Shown here one piece after another: positions 1-13,884 of a stretch of DNA of 64,000 nt. The notes beneath the pieces are model-generated. The model searched no databases, was not told where the DNA came from, and saw only the letters and a program-made list of their open reading frames with translations. How positions within the stretch are numbered: position 1 is the first letter of the stretch; each line of letters starts with the position of its first letter. A program made the position numbers and the translations under genes. Source of the stretch: the human T2T-CHM13v2.0 reference genome, Homo sapiens; NCBI RefSeq assembly GCF_009914755.1, contig NC_060937.1. One strand, given 5' to 3'.

Positions 1-338
1 ATTGTAGCTCCCACAATTCCTGAGTGTAGTGGGAGGGACCAGTGATAGGTAATCGAATCATGGGGTTGGCCTTTCTCATGCTGTTCTCGTGATAGTGAGT
101 AAGTCTCATGAGATTATGTCTCATCTCATCTCATGATGGTTTTGTAAAGGCGAGTCCCCCTGTACTTTCTGTCTTTTCTGCTGCCATGTAAGATGTGCCT
201 TTGCTTCTCCTTCACCTCCACCGTGCTTGTAAGGCCTCCTCAGCTGTGTGCAACTGTAAGTCCATTAAACCTCTTTCCCGTATAAATTACCCAGTCTCAG
301 GTATATCTTTATTAGCAATGTGAGAACAGGCTAAAACA
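1..338 (+). mobile_element. THE1-family (THE1C/D-like) MaLR LTR, cut by window start
   Basis: Matches THE1 LTR consensus: ATTGTAGCTCCCA..GTGGGAGGGACC..GTTCTCGTGATAGTGA..GTCCATTAAACCTCTT..CCCAGTCTCAGGTAT, ending CTAAAACA. Confidence 0.9.
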
Positions 339-1164
339 TGCACCTAATAGATAAAATAGATTAAAGTGGTACAGTTATTGATAGTGATAAATACTGTTGT
401 TACATGAGAAAAAAATTTTCACCAAAAGACATAATTTCATAACGCTAAGCTTTCAAAAATACACCTTCAGATATATAAAGCCCAGATAAAAATAAATTGA
501 TCACTTTTTAAATCATCTATATATAGTTCTACTTTAGAGCTTCTCCATAGATCAAGGAGAGAAAATGCTCTATAAGGACAGAGAGGATTTGAAAACCTCT
601 ATCAACTTTACTGGCCTAATGGATATATTGAACCATGTAATAAGCAAATGGAGATACTTCTTGCATAAAACTCTAGCTAACTGAGACATTTTATTAGGTG
701 TTTGGAACACAAGAACTATATGTTATCAATTACCTGTACTGTTTCTCATTTTCCTTTAAAAGTTGAAAGAGTTTTCTACATAGAACACATCCATTATTTT
801 CTAGTACATGTAGCTGATGATCGATATGATTCCAAAGACCCAATATAGTATTCACAAAGTGTCTCAAATACCAGGATAAACTACATCTCACATTAATAGA
901 AAGTTACAATAAACAAATTTAATCTTTAATTATAAAAAATAAGACAATTATTAATGACTTGTTTCTATGTGCCTGAAATAAATTCATATTGCCTAGGTAC
1001 CTTGTGAATAATGTAACTTTATGCATCTTAGTAGCTATATATAATAAATTATTTATTTCTCCTGAATTAAATTCTTGGCTCTTCAAATGATTAATTAGGT
1101 GACACAAATATTCTGAATATTTTTAAAAATAATTTATTAGATTGGTAGATCTATTTAATCTCAT

Positions 1165-1960
1165 CTATTTAATACAAATAACAAATATTTGCTATTGACT
1201 GAAGTGTATCAGATACTGGACCTTGAATCCTGGGGTACAGATAGGACTATGGCAAGAAACAACCTTTAAATATGTACTGCTTTCAACATTCAAATTAGGG
1301 AAGTGTGGGAGAGAAAATAAGTTTTTAATATGTTAAATTGTGCTGGTTATAATACAAATATGCTAAAGTGGGACAGAGATTAATGGGATTATGCATTTCA
1401 TAATATGGTTATGGAAGACAATGATGAGGTGGACCTGCAGGAACTGTGATTGCATGCTTCCAGGGAAAATTAATAGCATGTTTGGTGTGTCTTAATGTCA
1501 AAGAATATATGAGGAAAACTGGAGGAAAATGAAGAATGGGGAGTAATAAGCCAATACCAGAGAAGACTGAAAGAGTAGGGAAGAGACTTTGTGTTTCACT
1601 CGTATAAATAGAAATGAAGTGGTGAATTTTGAGCAAAAATATGATATGCAGTAAACAATGTTATGAGTATCACTATACCTGCTGTGAAGATTATTGAATG
1701 TAAGGGGGGAAATATGGATGTAGAACTATTATATACATTTTTTCATTATTTATGAGGAATAATGTAGACTTAGGAAAAAATGTTAGAAGAACCTGATTTA
1801 AAGCTGTCTAATCTGGATATGTTTTGATAATAGAGCCCACAGGATTTGCTCATGAATAGATATGGTGTGCAAGAGCAAGAAGCAGAAAACTTTTGATGTG
1901 AGCACATTAAAAAAGGGGGTCATGGATTTTTAAAAATGGAAAGCTAAAGAGAAGCAGATA
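1165..1960 (-). mobile_element. L2 LINE remnant (highly diverged)
   Basis: ACAAATATTTG... antisense L2 3' end followed by purine-rich L2-like sequence; boundaries approximate. Confidence 0.5.
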
Positions 1961-2667
1961 CTAAAGGCCAATACAGTACACTTCTGTTGTTTAACAAGAT
2001 GAGGTGACAGAAAAATTTTACACGTACCATCACTTGACAGAAATAAAACCAGACAAACAAAAACTACAGTTTTCAAACATTGGAAGTCATGTCATGAAAC
2101 ACAGTTATCCTAGGGAGACATGAAAGAAACCAGATGAGGCCTATAATTGGCAGTAGCCTTGACAGAGTTTCCAAACTGTGGCAAAAGGAGAGGTAATCCA
2201 CTGAACTCTGAGATGAATAAACATAGTGAGAATTCAAGGAGAACAAGATAGATAGGAACTGAAGAAAAGAGCAGTAGAAAGAAGATAAAAGCACAAAGAG
2301 AAAAACCATGGATACCTACAAACAAGTTCAGCTTGAGTTCTGCTGAACTCAAGCATTCAGCAGAACACTGATTAGTGCATGAATGTGAAAAAAAAAAAAT
2401 GTTCAAGGCTAGAGAAAAAGTAACCAAAAAGAAGTACTGCGATTCGTATCTGGAGGCGACATAAGACTTGAGATAATGCCCATTTTCACAAACCCGTTAG
2501 AAAGCCTCGAAAGTCATGGAATGTAAAATAGAGCAGAGAGAAGAAGAATTGGAGACAGTACTGCAGAATCATTATGGCTAGAATAAATTATGCTCTTGTC
2601 TCACCTAACAAATCTTAAAAGTAGGGACCCACAATATTGGAATGTTTTTACGTTTCAGAGAATTTAA

Positions 2668-2910
2668 GGCTGGGTGCAGTGGCTCATGTGTGTATCCCAG
2701 CACTTTGGGAAGCTAAGGTGGTGGATCACTTGAGGTCAGAAGTTCAAGAGCAGTCTGGCCAACATGGTGAAACCCTGTCTCTACTAAAAACACAAAAATT
2801 AGCCAGGAATGGTGGCACACACCTGTAGTCCCAGCTACTCAGGAGACTGAGGCAGGAGAATCGCTCGAACCCAGGAGGAGGAGGTTGCAGTGAAACCGTA
2901 TTGCGCCACC
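2668..2910 (+). mobile_element. AluS, 3' end missing
   Basis: GGCTGGGTGCAGTGGCTCA start, A-rich linker, right arm ends at GCGCCAC with no poly(A). Confidence 0.93.
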
Positions 2911-2954
2911 ACGTGCGCGCGCACACACACACACACGCGCATATATACATACAT
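2911..2954. repeat. Compound (CG)n(CA)n(TA)n microsatellite
   Basis: ACGTGCGCGCGCACACACACACACACGCGCATATATACATACAT read directly. Confidence 0.9.
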
Positions 2955-3858
2955 TTATAAACTTAGTTAAAACTTCAAAATGTAAAATTCACCAGCATCC
3001 AAGTGAAAACTGGCATCCAAGAAGAAATTATCTGACATACAAGAAATAATTATCAATCAGACAATGAGCAAAGCAGAAAAATATGACACATATGGCGGAG
3101 AGAAATCAATCACTAAAAACTGCACTCAAACTGATAAAGAGTCTAGATTGCAGATAGGGACTTCACATAAATTATTATATATCTTATTGATAAAAATTAG
3201 AGAAAAGATTGAACATGTTAAACAGATATGTGGATTCTACAAAATATGTGAATCAAATTTCTAGAAATAAAAGGAATTAATGGCAGAATGAACTTTTTTC
3301 AGAAAAATAGAATAATGGACTGGAAGTCAAGAAGAGAAAATACACAAAAGGATACAAAAAGTAGAAAAAATGCAACAATAAAATACAAGCAATATCAATT
3401 TAAGCTTGGAGTAATTTCTAAAGCCTAACATATTGTGTAATTGGTATGGACAAAGAGAAAAAAAAGGAGAATAGAAAATCTGTTTTAAGAAATTATAACC
3501 CAAAATGCTCTGACACCAAAAACATACACAAACATTCCAAGAAAAGAAAACTATATATCAATCAAGAACTTAGATGCAAAAATGTTTAACAAAATTTTAA
3601 CAAAACAAATCTAACATTATTTAAAATGCATATGCACCGTGATCAAGTAAAGTTTGGACTAAGATTGTAAAGTTGGCCTCCTATTTGAAAATCAATCAAT
3701 GCAAGTCATCATAGTTATAAACCAAAATGAAAAAAATAATAATTATTGTAGAACATTTAAAATGATGTATTTGTCAAATCTTGGATCAATTCCTGATAGA
3801 AAACATTCTTCAAACTAGGAATACCCTCAACCTGATAAAAGTCACCTAAATAAACTAT

Positions 3859-4493
3859 TGAAGCAGCGTCACTGTCTGGGGTAAATACAGGAGGTTCGTG
3901 GTCTCACACTAAGGAAATCCAGTATGCTGACACACAAGAAGTGGGTTTAGGAGTAGAGGTTTAATAGGCAGAGGAAAGAGAAAGGAGAATAACTCTCTCT
4001 CCTGAGAGAGGGTGCCCAAGTGGGACTTCCAGCCCATGTAAGAGTGTGTAGGGTTTTATAGACAGGCTTGAGGAGGTGGTGCCTGATTTACTTAGGGCCC
4101 CAAAACTGGTTGGACTAGGTGTGAAGTTAACATAGCAGACAAAGAAGCTGGCTGCCCGTCCCTAATCTTTTTAATATGCAAATGAGTTTTTACTTGGCCT
4201 GCACCGTGTTGTCCTCTTCCTACTGCACACATGATTGGCAAGAAGGGAAGATGGAGCTGTGATGTTGCACATGCCTAGTCCCCAGGTAGCCTTTTCCTAT
4301 TGACACGGCTGCTGGCCTTCACGCATGCAGGCTTCCATCTTGCTTGTCTCTGTCTGCAGCTCTATTATACAGGCTACTCTTTGTTAGACAAGAAAATGAT
4401 TTGAGGGCTGCTTTTCATTAAATGGAAAACCTTATCGAGGACTCCCATACCCTCAGTAACTGCCTAAGTAATTTCTTTTTAACTCCTATATCA
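3859..4493 (-). mobile_element. ERV1 solo LTR (LTR9-like)
   Basis: TG...CA termini with exact 4-bp TSD CTAT (3855-3858 and 4494-4497); minus strand begins TGATATAGGAGTTAAAAAGAAATTACTTAGGCAG; interrupts an L1 ORF2 remnant. Subfamily from recall. Confidence 0.85.
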
Positions 4494-4853
4494 CTATGTC
4501 TAACATAATACTTAGCATTTCAATTTCTAATGCTTTTCTCCTAAAGTCAAGATTAAGGCAAGTATTTCCAATCACATCACACCGCATCAACATTGTATTT
4601 TAGGTTGCAACCATTGCAGAAGCCAAAAAAAGAAAATGTAATAAAAGGAGTGTTTATTGAAAGGTTCAGGTAAACTCTTTTATTCACAGACAATATTGTT
4701 ACTTATAAAACCTGATGAAACCCACAAAAAGCTACCAAATCTAACAGGTGATCTTGGCAAGATAATAGAATGATAATAATATTATCATTAATAATAATAA
4801 TTAGTTGCATTTCTTTATATCAATATAAGTAATCAGAAATTAAAATAAAAACA

Positions 4854-5155
4854 GGCTGGGCACTGTGGCTCATGCCTGTAATCCCAACGCTTTGGGAGGC
4901 CGAGGTGGGCAGATCACCTGAGGTCTGGAGTTCGAGACAATCCTGGCCAACACGGCAAAACCCCATCGCTACTAAAAATACAAAAATTAGCCAGGCCTGG
5001 TTGTGTGTTCCTGTAGTCCCAGCTACTCAGGAGGCTGAGGCAGGAGAATCATTTGAACCCAAGAGGTGGAGGTTGAAGTGAGCCAAGATCATGCCACTGA
5101 ATTCCAGCCTGGGCGACAGAGCCAGACTCCCTCTAAAAAAAAAAAAAAAAAGAAA
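4854..5155 (+). mobile_element. AluS (Sx-like), full length
   Basis: Complete dimer with poly(A); imperfect TSD AGAAATTAAA..A.AAACA on both sides. Confidence 0.95.
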
Positions 5156-7469
5156 GAAATTAAATAGAAACATTACCATTTATAAGAGGACACACAATAT
5201 TATATATTAAACAAAAATGCAATAGCTGTACACTGAGTACTTGAAAATGTTAGAAAATATTTCTAATATAAATAAATTGGCTAATACCTAAACAAATTGA
5301 ATTGAAAATTTTAACATATTAATGTTTCCTCTGAAGACTCAGTATTGTTAAAGTATCAATATTCTCCAAAATGTGGTCACGGTAGAAAGTGTTAAAGAGC
5401 TTACTGTTATCAGTTTCTCCTTTGGTAGAGAGGTAGAGATAATAAGCTAAAGAGAATAAGGCATACTCCTAAGTTGTTAGCAGTTTTATTTCCTCAATGA
5501 GAATGATATTTGGAAGAGGAAGGGCAATAAGAATCATATTTCCTCTGAAACTTGGGTATGTGTTTCTTTTCCAGGGAGCTGCATTTCTGGGTATTAATAG
5601 AGGAGTATCTTACATCTCTCTATTAAAAAATCATTATTTAAAAAAAATGTTTAATTCAATTTTAATTGCTTTTGATTTGGGCAAAAAATGTTTTTGAAAT
5701 AAAGTTATCTAATATGCATATGAATTTCCCTTTTTTAAAAAGCACCAATAGGTGCAGGGGTATTTTATTACACAAGTAATTATCCATACAGATAACCAGA
5801 GACGATGTCCCTTTTCTAATGTTATTTACATTTATAGCAAGATCACAGAATATTTGACCTGAAAACAAACTTAGATAGCATCTAGTTTAAACACTTCCTT
5901 GAGGAAGAGAGACACCAAAGAAGAAGTTAGGCAATTAGTGGTAATGTTGAAACTTCAGTATTCACTTTATTTTCTTCTAAAATTCTAAACAAAATGATTT
6001 GCTTGTATATTTATTTCTATTTGTCTTAAAGTACTCTAGCTTTTGTTAAAAATACTTGTTGCATGATTTCTGCTCTAAATTCCCCAGAACAATGACAGGT
6101 TATTTAGTTTAAGAAATTTAAAAATTTGTCATTGCATTTTACATTTTTATTGTTCACTTCTATTCATTTTTTAGTCTCACTGAAACTGCCTTAAATAAAC
6201 TAGCAAAACTAGAGGCAAGAAGCAAGTACTATCACATGAATATATGATTTGAAGAGCAATCTTGTTTGTAAATTAGATACTTGACAAGTTTAGTAAAAAC
6301 TGAAATAGTTTTAGACATTTTTTTAGATCCTTGGATCAAAGCTTCTACAGATGAAACATTTGCAAAATTATTTTCTCCATAAATGCTGACCATACAAATC
6401 TGATTTCTTTATTCACACTTTATGCTTCATTTTATGGAAGACTCAGTAACCCATAACAAATTTCAATCCTGAACAATAAGAAAAACTTTTTAAGTTTTCT
6501 TATTATGCTTTCTTTTTAATGTATAGTTTGAGCTTCTTTTTTGGTTTATTCGTTGGCTTGGGAATTTTTATTTTAAAAATATATCTTACAGCAGAATTCT
6601 TAGACAGTTTGCTTCATATTTTAAGCAATATTTCAACTTTAAAAATATAGTTTAAACTATTAAATGTTTAAAAAATACTCACTGAGGTTCATTTACTTAT
6701 TTATACCAAAATATTTGAATTTAATTAAAAATTATAAATTTCATGGTATAGTTCTATTAAGTAAAGATTTTTTTACAGTAATGAGTAAGCTCTTAGAGAG
6801 TATGGGTTAAGAATATGGATTCTGGAATTACATTTTGCCCTTTTAGCCTCATGGAGGGTTTGCAAATGATGAAATGGTTGATTGACCCTATAAAGCTGTT
6901 TTTTTAGTTTGATGCTATATTCAAGTCAGTATGCTAAGTCTCATGCCCACAACACAGGACATGTTTATTGAATGACAGTATAAATAATTTAATGTTATCT
7001 TTTTTCAGAGGTCAGTTAAATGATTCTTTGTAGTTTTTTAAAAAATTAGCAGTTGTTATGGAAATTTTTAGATACAATAGTAAAAAAAAATGTTATAAAC
7101 TACCAGCTTCAAATTTACTCATTACTCAGGTTCAACAATTATCAATATTCTGCCATCTGCCATACCTACATCAGCTCCTCACTCCTCTCTAGATAATAGT
7201 GATTATTATTATTTTATAGGTTTTTAAAATTCAAAATTGCATACATTGAAATATCGAATTTTTAGCTGTATATTTTTAAAAAATGAGTATAGCTATATGA
7301 ATCTCACTCCAATCATAAAAATCTATTTCCAATTATTCAAACATTTTTTCTTGTACTTTGCTAATTTCTCTTGCCCACATCCCACTCTCCACAGACAACT
7401 GATTTTTTATTTACCATATACTTTTTCCAGTTATAAAATTTCATGTAGATTGAGTCATACCGTAATGTT

Positions 7470-7470
<1 letters not shown>

Positions 7471-7504
<34 letters not shown>
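7471..7504. repeat. (GT)n microsatellite
   Basis: About 17 perfect GT units. Confidence 0.97.
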
Positions 7505-7506
<2 letters not shown>

Positions 7507-7820
7507 CTTCTACTTCATATAATGTATGAATTCCTCAATCAGGTTACATGTGTCAGCAGCCCTCTTTTTATTGCTAAATAATATTTCACTGTAAGACTAC
7601 ACGATGATTTGTTTATTCAACATTCACTTGATGGACTTACTTGTTTTTAGTCTTGGCTGTTATGGCCTAGAAAACTGAAATGACAAAAATTTTTCTTTAT
7701 ATATTTTAAATATGCTTTTTGGTTGTCTTCTCACTTCTTATGCAAATTAGCCATCGTGGCTATTTGTTTTTTCTCTGTATGTAATGTGTGGTTCCACATA
7801 TACTTTTATGTTTTCAAGAT

Positions 7821-7859
7821 TGTATGTGTGTATGTGTGTGTGTGTGTGTCTGTGTGTGT
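7821..7859. repeat. Imperfect (TG)n microsatellite
   Basis: TGTATGTGTGTATGTGTGTGTGTGTGTGTCTGTGTGTGT. Confidence 0.9.
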
Positions 7860-8237
7860 TTAATATTTAGATTTTAGCAATATGACTTTGTGCATAGGGG
7901 TGATATTCTTTGTGTTTGTCCTGCTTGGGTTGTATTAAGGTTTTGAGATATATAAATTATGTTTCACTATATTTAAGTAAATTTTGGCCATTGTATCTTC
8001 AAATATATTTCTGCTCCATCCTATGACTCAAATATATTTCTGCCCCATCCTATGACTCCTCTTTGGGAAATCAAATTCCATCTAAGCTCTGAGGCTCCAG
8101 CTTTTTATATTTAATATTTGTTTCTTCTTCAGATGGGTAATTTTAATTGTTCTATCTTCAAAATCACTGACTCCGGGCTGGCCCACCTGCAGTCTGCTCT
8201 AATCCATCAACAGGATATTTATTTTAGTGCTAGTATA

Positions 8238-8620
8238 TGTCGTGGTCACTGTCTGAGGCTGGTGCGTGGGTGGTAAAGGAATTTACCAAGACAGTAATAA
8301 GTTTAGAAAGGCAGATTTATTTAGAGGAAAGGGGGAGATATGTTGCAAGGGAACAAAGGGCAAGACAGCAGGAACAATACGATCTGGAAACAGGCAGGGC
8401 CTCGAGTTTTGTAAGGTCATGCTGTTTAGGCTCAGTGCTTGCAGACAGGATCCCTGGGTTCAGGTAGGCAGTGATCTGGGTGCTTGTAAGGATGCTTGGG
8501 TGCTAGTGAGCTGTTGAACCCATTTCTTGAAACATTTTATCTGCCCTCTACCTCTGTTTCTATTTCTTCCAGCTAAGCCCATTTTTCAATTATCATTTAA
8601 CTCCTTAGGTGTTAAATTCA
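8238..8620 (-). mobile_element. ERV LTR-like element, subfamily not assigned
   Basis: Abrupt GC rise starting at TG; GGTAAAGGAATTTACCAAGACAG..GCAGATTTATT resembles an antisense LTR R/U5 with AATAAA on the minus strand; no clean TSD found. Confidence 0.6.
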
Positions 8621-9366
8621 GGTGTATTTTGTTGTTGTTTTTTCTGTAATTTATAGTTTCTATTTCTCTACTGAAAGTTTACATCTGGTCATTCATTGCT
8701 TTTCCCCCCACCCCAAACCTGGAACATAGGTATAATATCTCTTTATAAGTTTTCATCTTATAATTGCAACATTGAGGTTTCCTTAGGGTCATTTTTTATT
8801 GACTGACTTTTTCTTGAACATGGGTTGCACTTTCTGTCTTGTCTTATATCTGTTTTTTGTTGAAATAAGGCCCATATGATTAATATCCTGTAGATACACT
8901 GGATTATGTTATGTTCTATTAATAGGAAATTGTATAGTAGCAGGGAGTTTTCTTGACTGGATGTATGGTACAGATTCTAGTCTCCTAGTAGTAGAGAAAA
9001 ATCTAACATCTAGTATCCGTTTTTTTTTTTTTTTTTTTTTCCAGCTTTCAGTTACTTTCACTAGGGCTATGGTGATTTCCAGACAGGCATTGTTTAGTGT
9101 TCAGGCAAGTTATTTGTTGAATGTTATATGCAAATTTTGGTCATGCCATTTATGCAGCTTGCCTTCTTTCATGATACCCCACTAAATTCCTGATTGCTTT
9201 TTTAGCCCCAAACCTGTCTATATTAAAACTTTAAAACAACTATAACTAAAATATCATGGCAAGATCTTGATGTTTTTGAGAGACTTACATTTATGACCCT
9301 TTATTATTTTTATTTCTGCTACACCCATTTTAATTCTCATTTACTGACGTGATTTCCTTGTACTAA

Positions 9367-10170
9367 TGAAATGGAAAGTGTTCCCTTGTCCCCCTTGCAG
9401 GGCATGCGATGCACGTATGGTCCGCTTTTTTGGTGCCCCGCTGCTCCAACCTCTAGCGGGAGAATGCAGACGGGACAGATTGTGGGGCTCTGATCCCACA
9501 GCAGTGTCTAGGGGTGAATGTTTACAGCTGAAGCCCCAGTGGGCGTGTGTTACAGGTGCTCTTTCAGTTTAGCTGTCCATAGGCAGCTTGTGTTAGTCAG
9601 CTCAATTAGACCCCCCAGCTTATCACAAGTACAGAAGGCTTTCTGTATCCCGGGCTTTCTTGCCTTGGGGTACTGAAAGAATCGGGTCACACATGGGCTT
9701 GGAGAATGAGTGCAAGGTTTTATTGAGTGGAAGTAGCTCTCAGCAGGTGGGGGAGCCAGAAGGGAAATGGAGTGGAAAGGTGGTTATCCCCTGGAGTCAG
9801 GCCACTTAGTGGCCAGGCTCTCCCCTGGCCAAACTACTCATCATTCCACTAGTCGATGGCCTGTCCGTGACTGTTGGTGTGCTCCTATGTAGGTGCGTTC
9901 CTCTCAATGTCCAGCTGCTTGTGTCTTCGACTGGTGTGTTCCTTTGGATGTCCAGCTGCTTGTGTGTGTGCCCACTAAAGTCTCGGGGTTTTTATAGGCA
10001 CAGGATGGGGGTGTGATGGGCCAGGATGGTCTTGCGGAATGGAACATGTGGGCAGGAAAACAGAAATGCCTGTCTTCACCTAGGTCCCTGGGCACAGGCC
10101 TGGGGGTGGAGACCTAGCCAGGGACCATGCCTTTCCCTTCCCAGCCCTTCCCTGATCCCCTCCCATATCA
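9367..10170 (-). mobile_element. ERV1 solo LTR (LTR1/MER52/MER61-related group)
   Basis: TG...CA termini, exact 4-bp TSD CTAA (9363-9366 and 10171-10174); minus-strand TATA box CCTATAAAAACCCC and AATAAA. Confidence 0.88.
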
Positions 10171-11097
10171 CTAATTGTGTATTTTGTATCCATAAACTTG
10201 GAATAATCATTTTTTACTTCTTCTCCCGTCCAACCTCTCCTTTTCTGTTGTTTCTGTTTTTGATGTTTGTGTTTTGTTTAGTTCAGTTCTCCTACTATCT
10301 TAACCAAAGCTTGTTCTTCCAAACATTGCCATCACAGGGATTTAAAAGAGAAATGTTTACAATTTTAGCCTTGGTCATCAGACCAATTCTGAGCATAAAC
10401 ATTTTTTTTTAATCAGTTGATCACACTTTTTAAATCTCAAATACGAAAAGACATAAACTTAGCTGAAATCACTATACTGTACATTATTTTTACTGTAACT
10501 AATTCCAAAGTGGTTTAGAAAGTTGTATTTTGCTTCCATTGACAAACCTTAAATCTAAAACTTCAAGTACATTCCTATTCTAATTTGGAAGTTGCCTGAA
10601 ATTGGTGGGTTAAGACCTGAAATTAAAGAAATTTTTCTCTACCTTTGATATATCCTCAAAAATTCAGACATCATATGCCCCTTATAATATTCCTCCTACA
10701 TAAAAGATTTAAATTACTGAAAGTTTCCTACGTAGTCTTTTACACTCTTAAACCAATTATTTACCAAATATTTGTCTAATGTCTCTTGAAATCATTTACT
10801 TCTTATCTGATATGCTTTTTTTGAAAAAAATAGCTTATTGTGATCTCTTGCCTAAATAATTGAAATCGCCTATTAATAACTCTCCCAGACTATAGCCACA
10901 CTTTTCTCCATACAATTTTAATTGATTATTCTAAAATACATAATTTAATATTTCAGTTCTCACTTCACTTTTTTTAAAAAAATCTGTCAGTGCCTTCTCA
11001 TCTTTAACATAAATGCACTTTTTACAAAGAACATGCCATTGAAGGCAACACTCCTGGTTATCATAAATTATATGATCCAGTCATAATTAATTACTTG

Positions 11098-11398
<301 letters not shown>

Positions 11399-11490
11399 GC
11401 TTTTTTTTTTTTATGTTCTCCTTGTCTGCAACACTCTCCCTTCCAATTGCCTAGCTATCACTATTTCATTTTGCTGTAATCAGTATAAAC

Positions 11491-12554
11491 TGTTACAGGT
11501 GTTGAATCAGTATGGGTCTGTAGCAACCTCAATTCTTGCTTCCTCAGAAGAAAGACTTTGACTGAGGAGCATAAGGCAGAAGAAGAGACCAAGGCAAGTT
11601 TCAGAGCAGGAGTGGAAGTTTATTTAAAAAGCTTTAGAACAGAAATGAAAGGAAGGAAAGAAAGTACATTTGGAAGAGGTCCAAGCAGGCAACTTGAAGG
11701 ACAAGGGCAGGTTTTGACCTTTTGACTTAAGGTTTTATATGTTGGCATACTTCTGGGGTCTTGCACTCATTCTCCCCCAAGAGGGTGGGTTGTCTGCATG
11801 AGCAGTTACTTGCTAGCATTCTGGAGGGGAGCATGCACATCGTGTTTACTGGAGTTGAACGCGTGCTCACCTGAGGCGTTCTTCCCTTTCCCTTTTCCAG
11901 GGGAATGTCCCAGGAAGGTCATATACCAGTTAAACTCTACCATTTTGCCTCTTAATGCACATGTGGGAGCTCACTCACCAAGTTTCTGAGATCTTATTGA
12001 GAAGCTGCCAATAACCATTGTCAGGTGTTTTTATCTGTCAGGAAACTGCCTTTCCCTGGTGCTGGTTGTGACCAATTATTATTTTAGAGAAACAACAACC
12101 TGACCCTCACCTTATGGTCACCTGACTTTCCTGGTGGTGTAGGAGGAGCCCTTTCCAGCCCTGCTGTATTAGTCCATTTTTCACACTGCTGATAAAGACA
12201 TACCAGAGACTGGGCAATTTATAAAAGAAAGAGGTTTAATGGACTTACAGTTCCACATGGCTGGGGAGGCCTCACAATCATGATAGAAAGTAAGGAGGAG
12301 CAAGTCACATCTTACATGGATGGCAGCAGACAAACAGAGAGAATTTGTGCAGGGAAATTACTGTCTATAAAACCATCAGATATTGTGAGACTTATTCACT
12401 ATCATGGAAACAGCATTGGAAAGACTTCCGCCATCATTCAATTACCTCCCCCGGGGTCCCTCCCACAACACGTGGCAATTCAAGATGTGATATGGGTAGG
12501 GACACAGCCAAACCATATCACCTGCTCACACCTGACTAGCTACCTACTGTAATA
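11491..12554 (-). mobile_element. MER50-like ERV1 solo LTR, split by THE1B
   Basis: Minus strand begins TATTACAGTAGGTAGCTAGTCAGG (MER50-like); TAAAC repeated on both flanks; halves join across the THE1 TSD. Confidence 0.8.
12165..12520 (-). mobile_element. THE1B solo LTR nested in MER50-like LTR
   Basis: TGTATTAGTCC...CAGCCAAACCATATCA full THE1 LTR; exact 5-bp TSD CCTGC (12160-12164 and 12521-12525). Confidence 0.93.
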
Positions 12555-13090
12555 TAAACCACATTTTCAGATGACTTCTGAAACTGATGAAACACTTCTC
12601 TTCTATAATTATGAATCTTTTTGGCTTTTATTAATATCAAAATTGATTATAATTGATTAAATTTCCTGTTGATTTCTCTTCCTCCCATATGAGTTTGAAA
12701 GCATCCTGAAAGGAGAGACTGTGTCTTATTCATTAACAGGCATGTGGAAAATAGAAAGTATCAAATAATTTGCATAATAATGACGCATGAATGAGTACCT
12801 GTCATAGTAATAAACTATCAAAACAATCCAAATTATTGTGAATCTGTAAAATTAAGTGGTATGTTTTTCAGGTAGGGTTACAATGTAAATTTTGATATAA
12901 AACAAATCTGGTTGAAGAATAATAATAGTTATTACCATTTCGACATAACTAAATATACAACCATCATTTTCATATAGTAAGTAAGTGGAGTTGTAGGTTA
13001 CTATCTTTACTTATTAAATGAGAAAATAGAACTTCAGAAATGAATGACAAGTAACTCACTGAAGATTATTGTTGCATTTGGGATTCAAAT

Positions 13091-13198
13091 TCAGCACTTA
13101 GGGAGGCAGAGGAGGGAGGATAGCTTGAGCCCAGGAGTTCGAGACCAGCCAAGGCAACAAAGCAAGATGTTGTTCTCCACAAAAAGCAAAAAAGAAAA
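13091..13198 (+). mobile_element. 5'-truncated Alu monomer (FLAM-like)
   Basis: CAGCACTTAGGGAGGC..GCTTGAGCCCAGGAGTTCGAGACCAGCC, A tail, TSD GATTCAAAT. Confidence 0.85.
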
Positions 13199-13884
13199 GA
13201 TTCAAATCCAGCTCTCTCAATTCATAGTGTGTGGATTTCACCAATTGTTTTTGTAGCTCTTATATGAAATGCATGACCCTTTGGTGAGACAAATCCAAAT
13301 AATAATGAGCAAAACATATTTCTGCCATTTTTAAAGGTATCGTAAATGTTATCTTCTCTGCTTTCAGAAATGTTATGCCTCTGCCAGATCTTTATTTGTT
13401 AAAAATAATTATAACAAATTATTTTTACAGTACAGTGTTATGTTACTATATTATATATGTTCGAATATGTATTTGTTTTATGTGTGTCAGTATATATGCA
13501 TGTATATTATATATACATGCATATGCATAAGGATATATGTATAGGTATGTGCATGTTTACATGTGTGTTTGTAGGTATATATTTATAAGCAGATATTTCA
13601 CCATCTGTTGAGAAGGTGAAAAATATATAAAAACTTATAAAATAATATATAATTGATCTTAACTTTTACCAGCTATTTATCAACATTTTTTCTGGACTTT
13701 TTGCTGAATACATGAAGTAGAATAATATTGACTTTGGGATATTTATAACATATTCTTAATCATTTTTTATTTGCTATATATTTTTAATTTGTATGATCTT
13801 AGCAAATCATTAACTGGAAAAGTTACTTTGTAGAGGTCTGCTCTCTTTCTCTGATAATGTTTATTACTACATTAGTATTGTTAA

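Larger units (their letters stand above)
1990..5370 (+). mobile_element. Old L1M remnant (5' region, ORF1 and ORF2 pieces), interrupted by two Alus and an LTR
   Basis: A-rich sense strand with degenerate L1 ORF2 phrases (GATGCAAAAATGTTTAACAAAAT, AAAATCAATCAATG, CCTCAACCTGATAAA, TATTCACAGACAATAT); outer limits approximate. Confidence 0.65.
7030..9240 (-). mobile_element. Old L1M fragments (antisense), interrupted by an LTR-like element
   Basis: T-rich antisense L1-like phrases (GATGGACTTACTTGTTTTTAGTCTTGGCTGTTATG; TTGGCCATTGTATCTTCAAATATATTTCTGC); boundaries approximate. Confidence 0.55.

Noticed and set aside
9905-9970. Direct repeat ATGTCCAGCTGCTTGTGT
   Set aside because: Internal repeats are typical of this LTR group and are explained by the element
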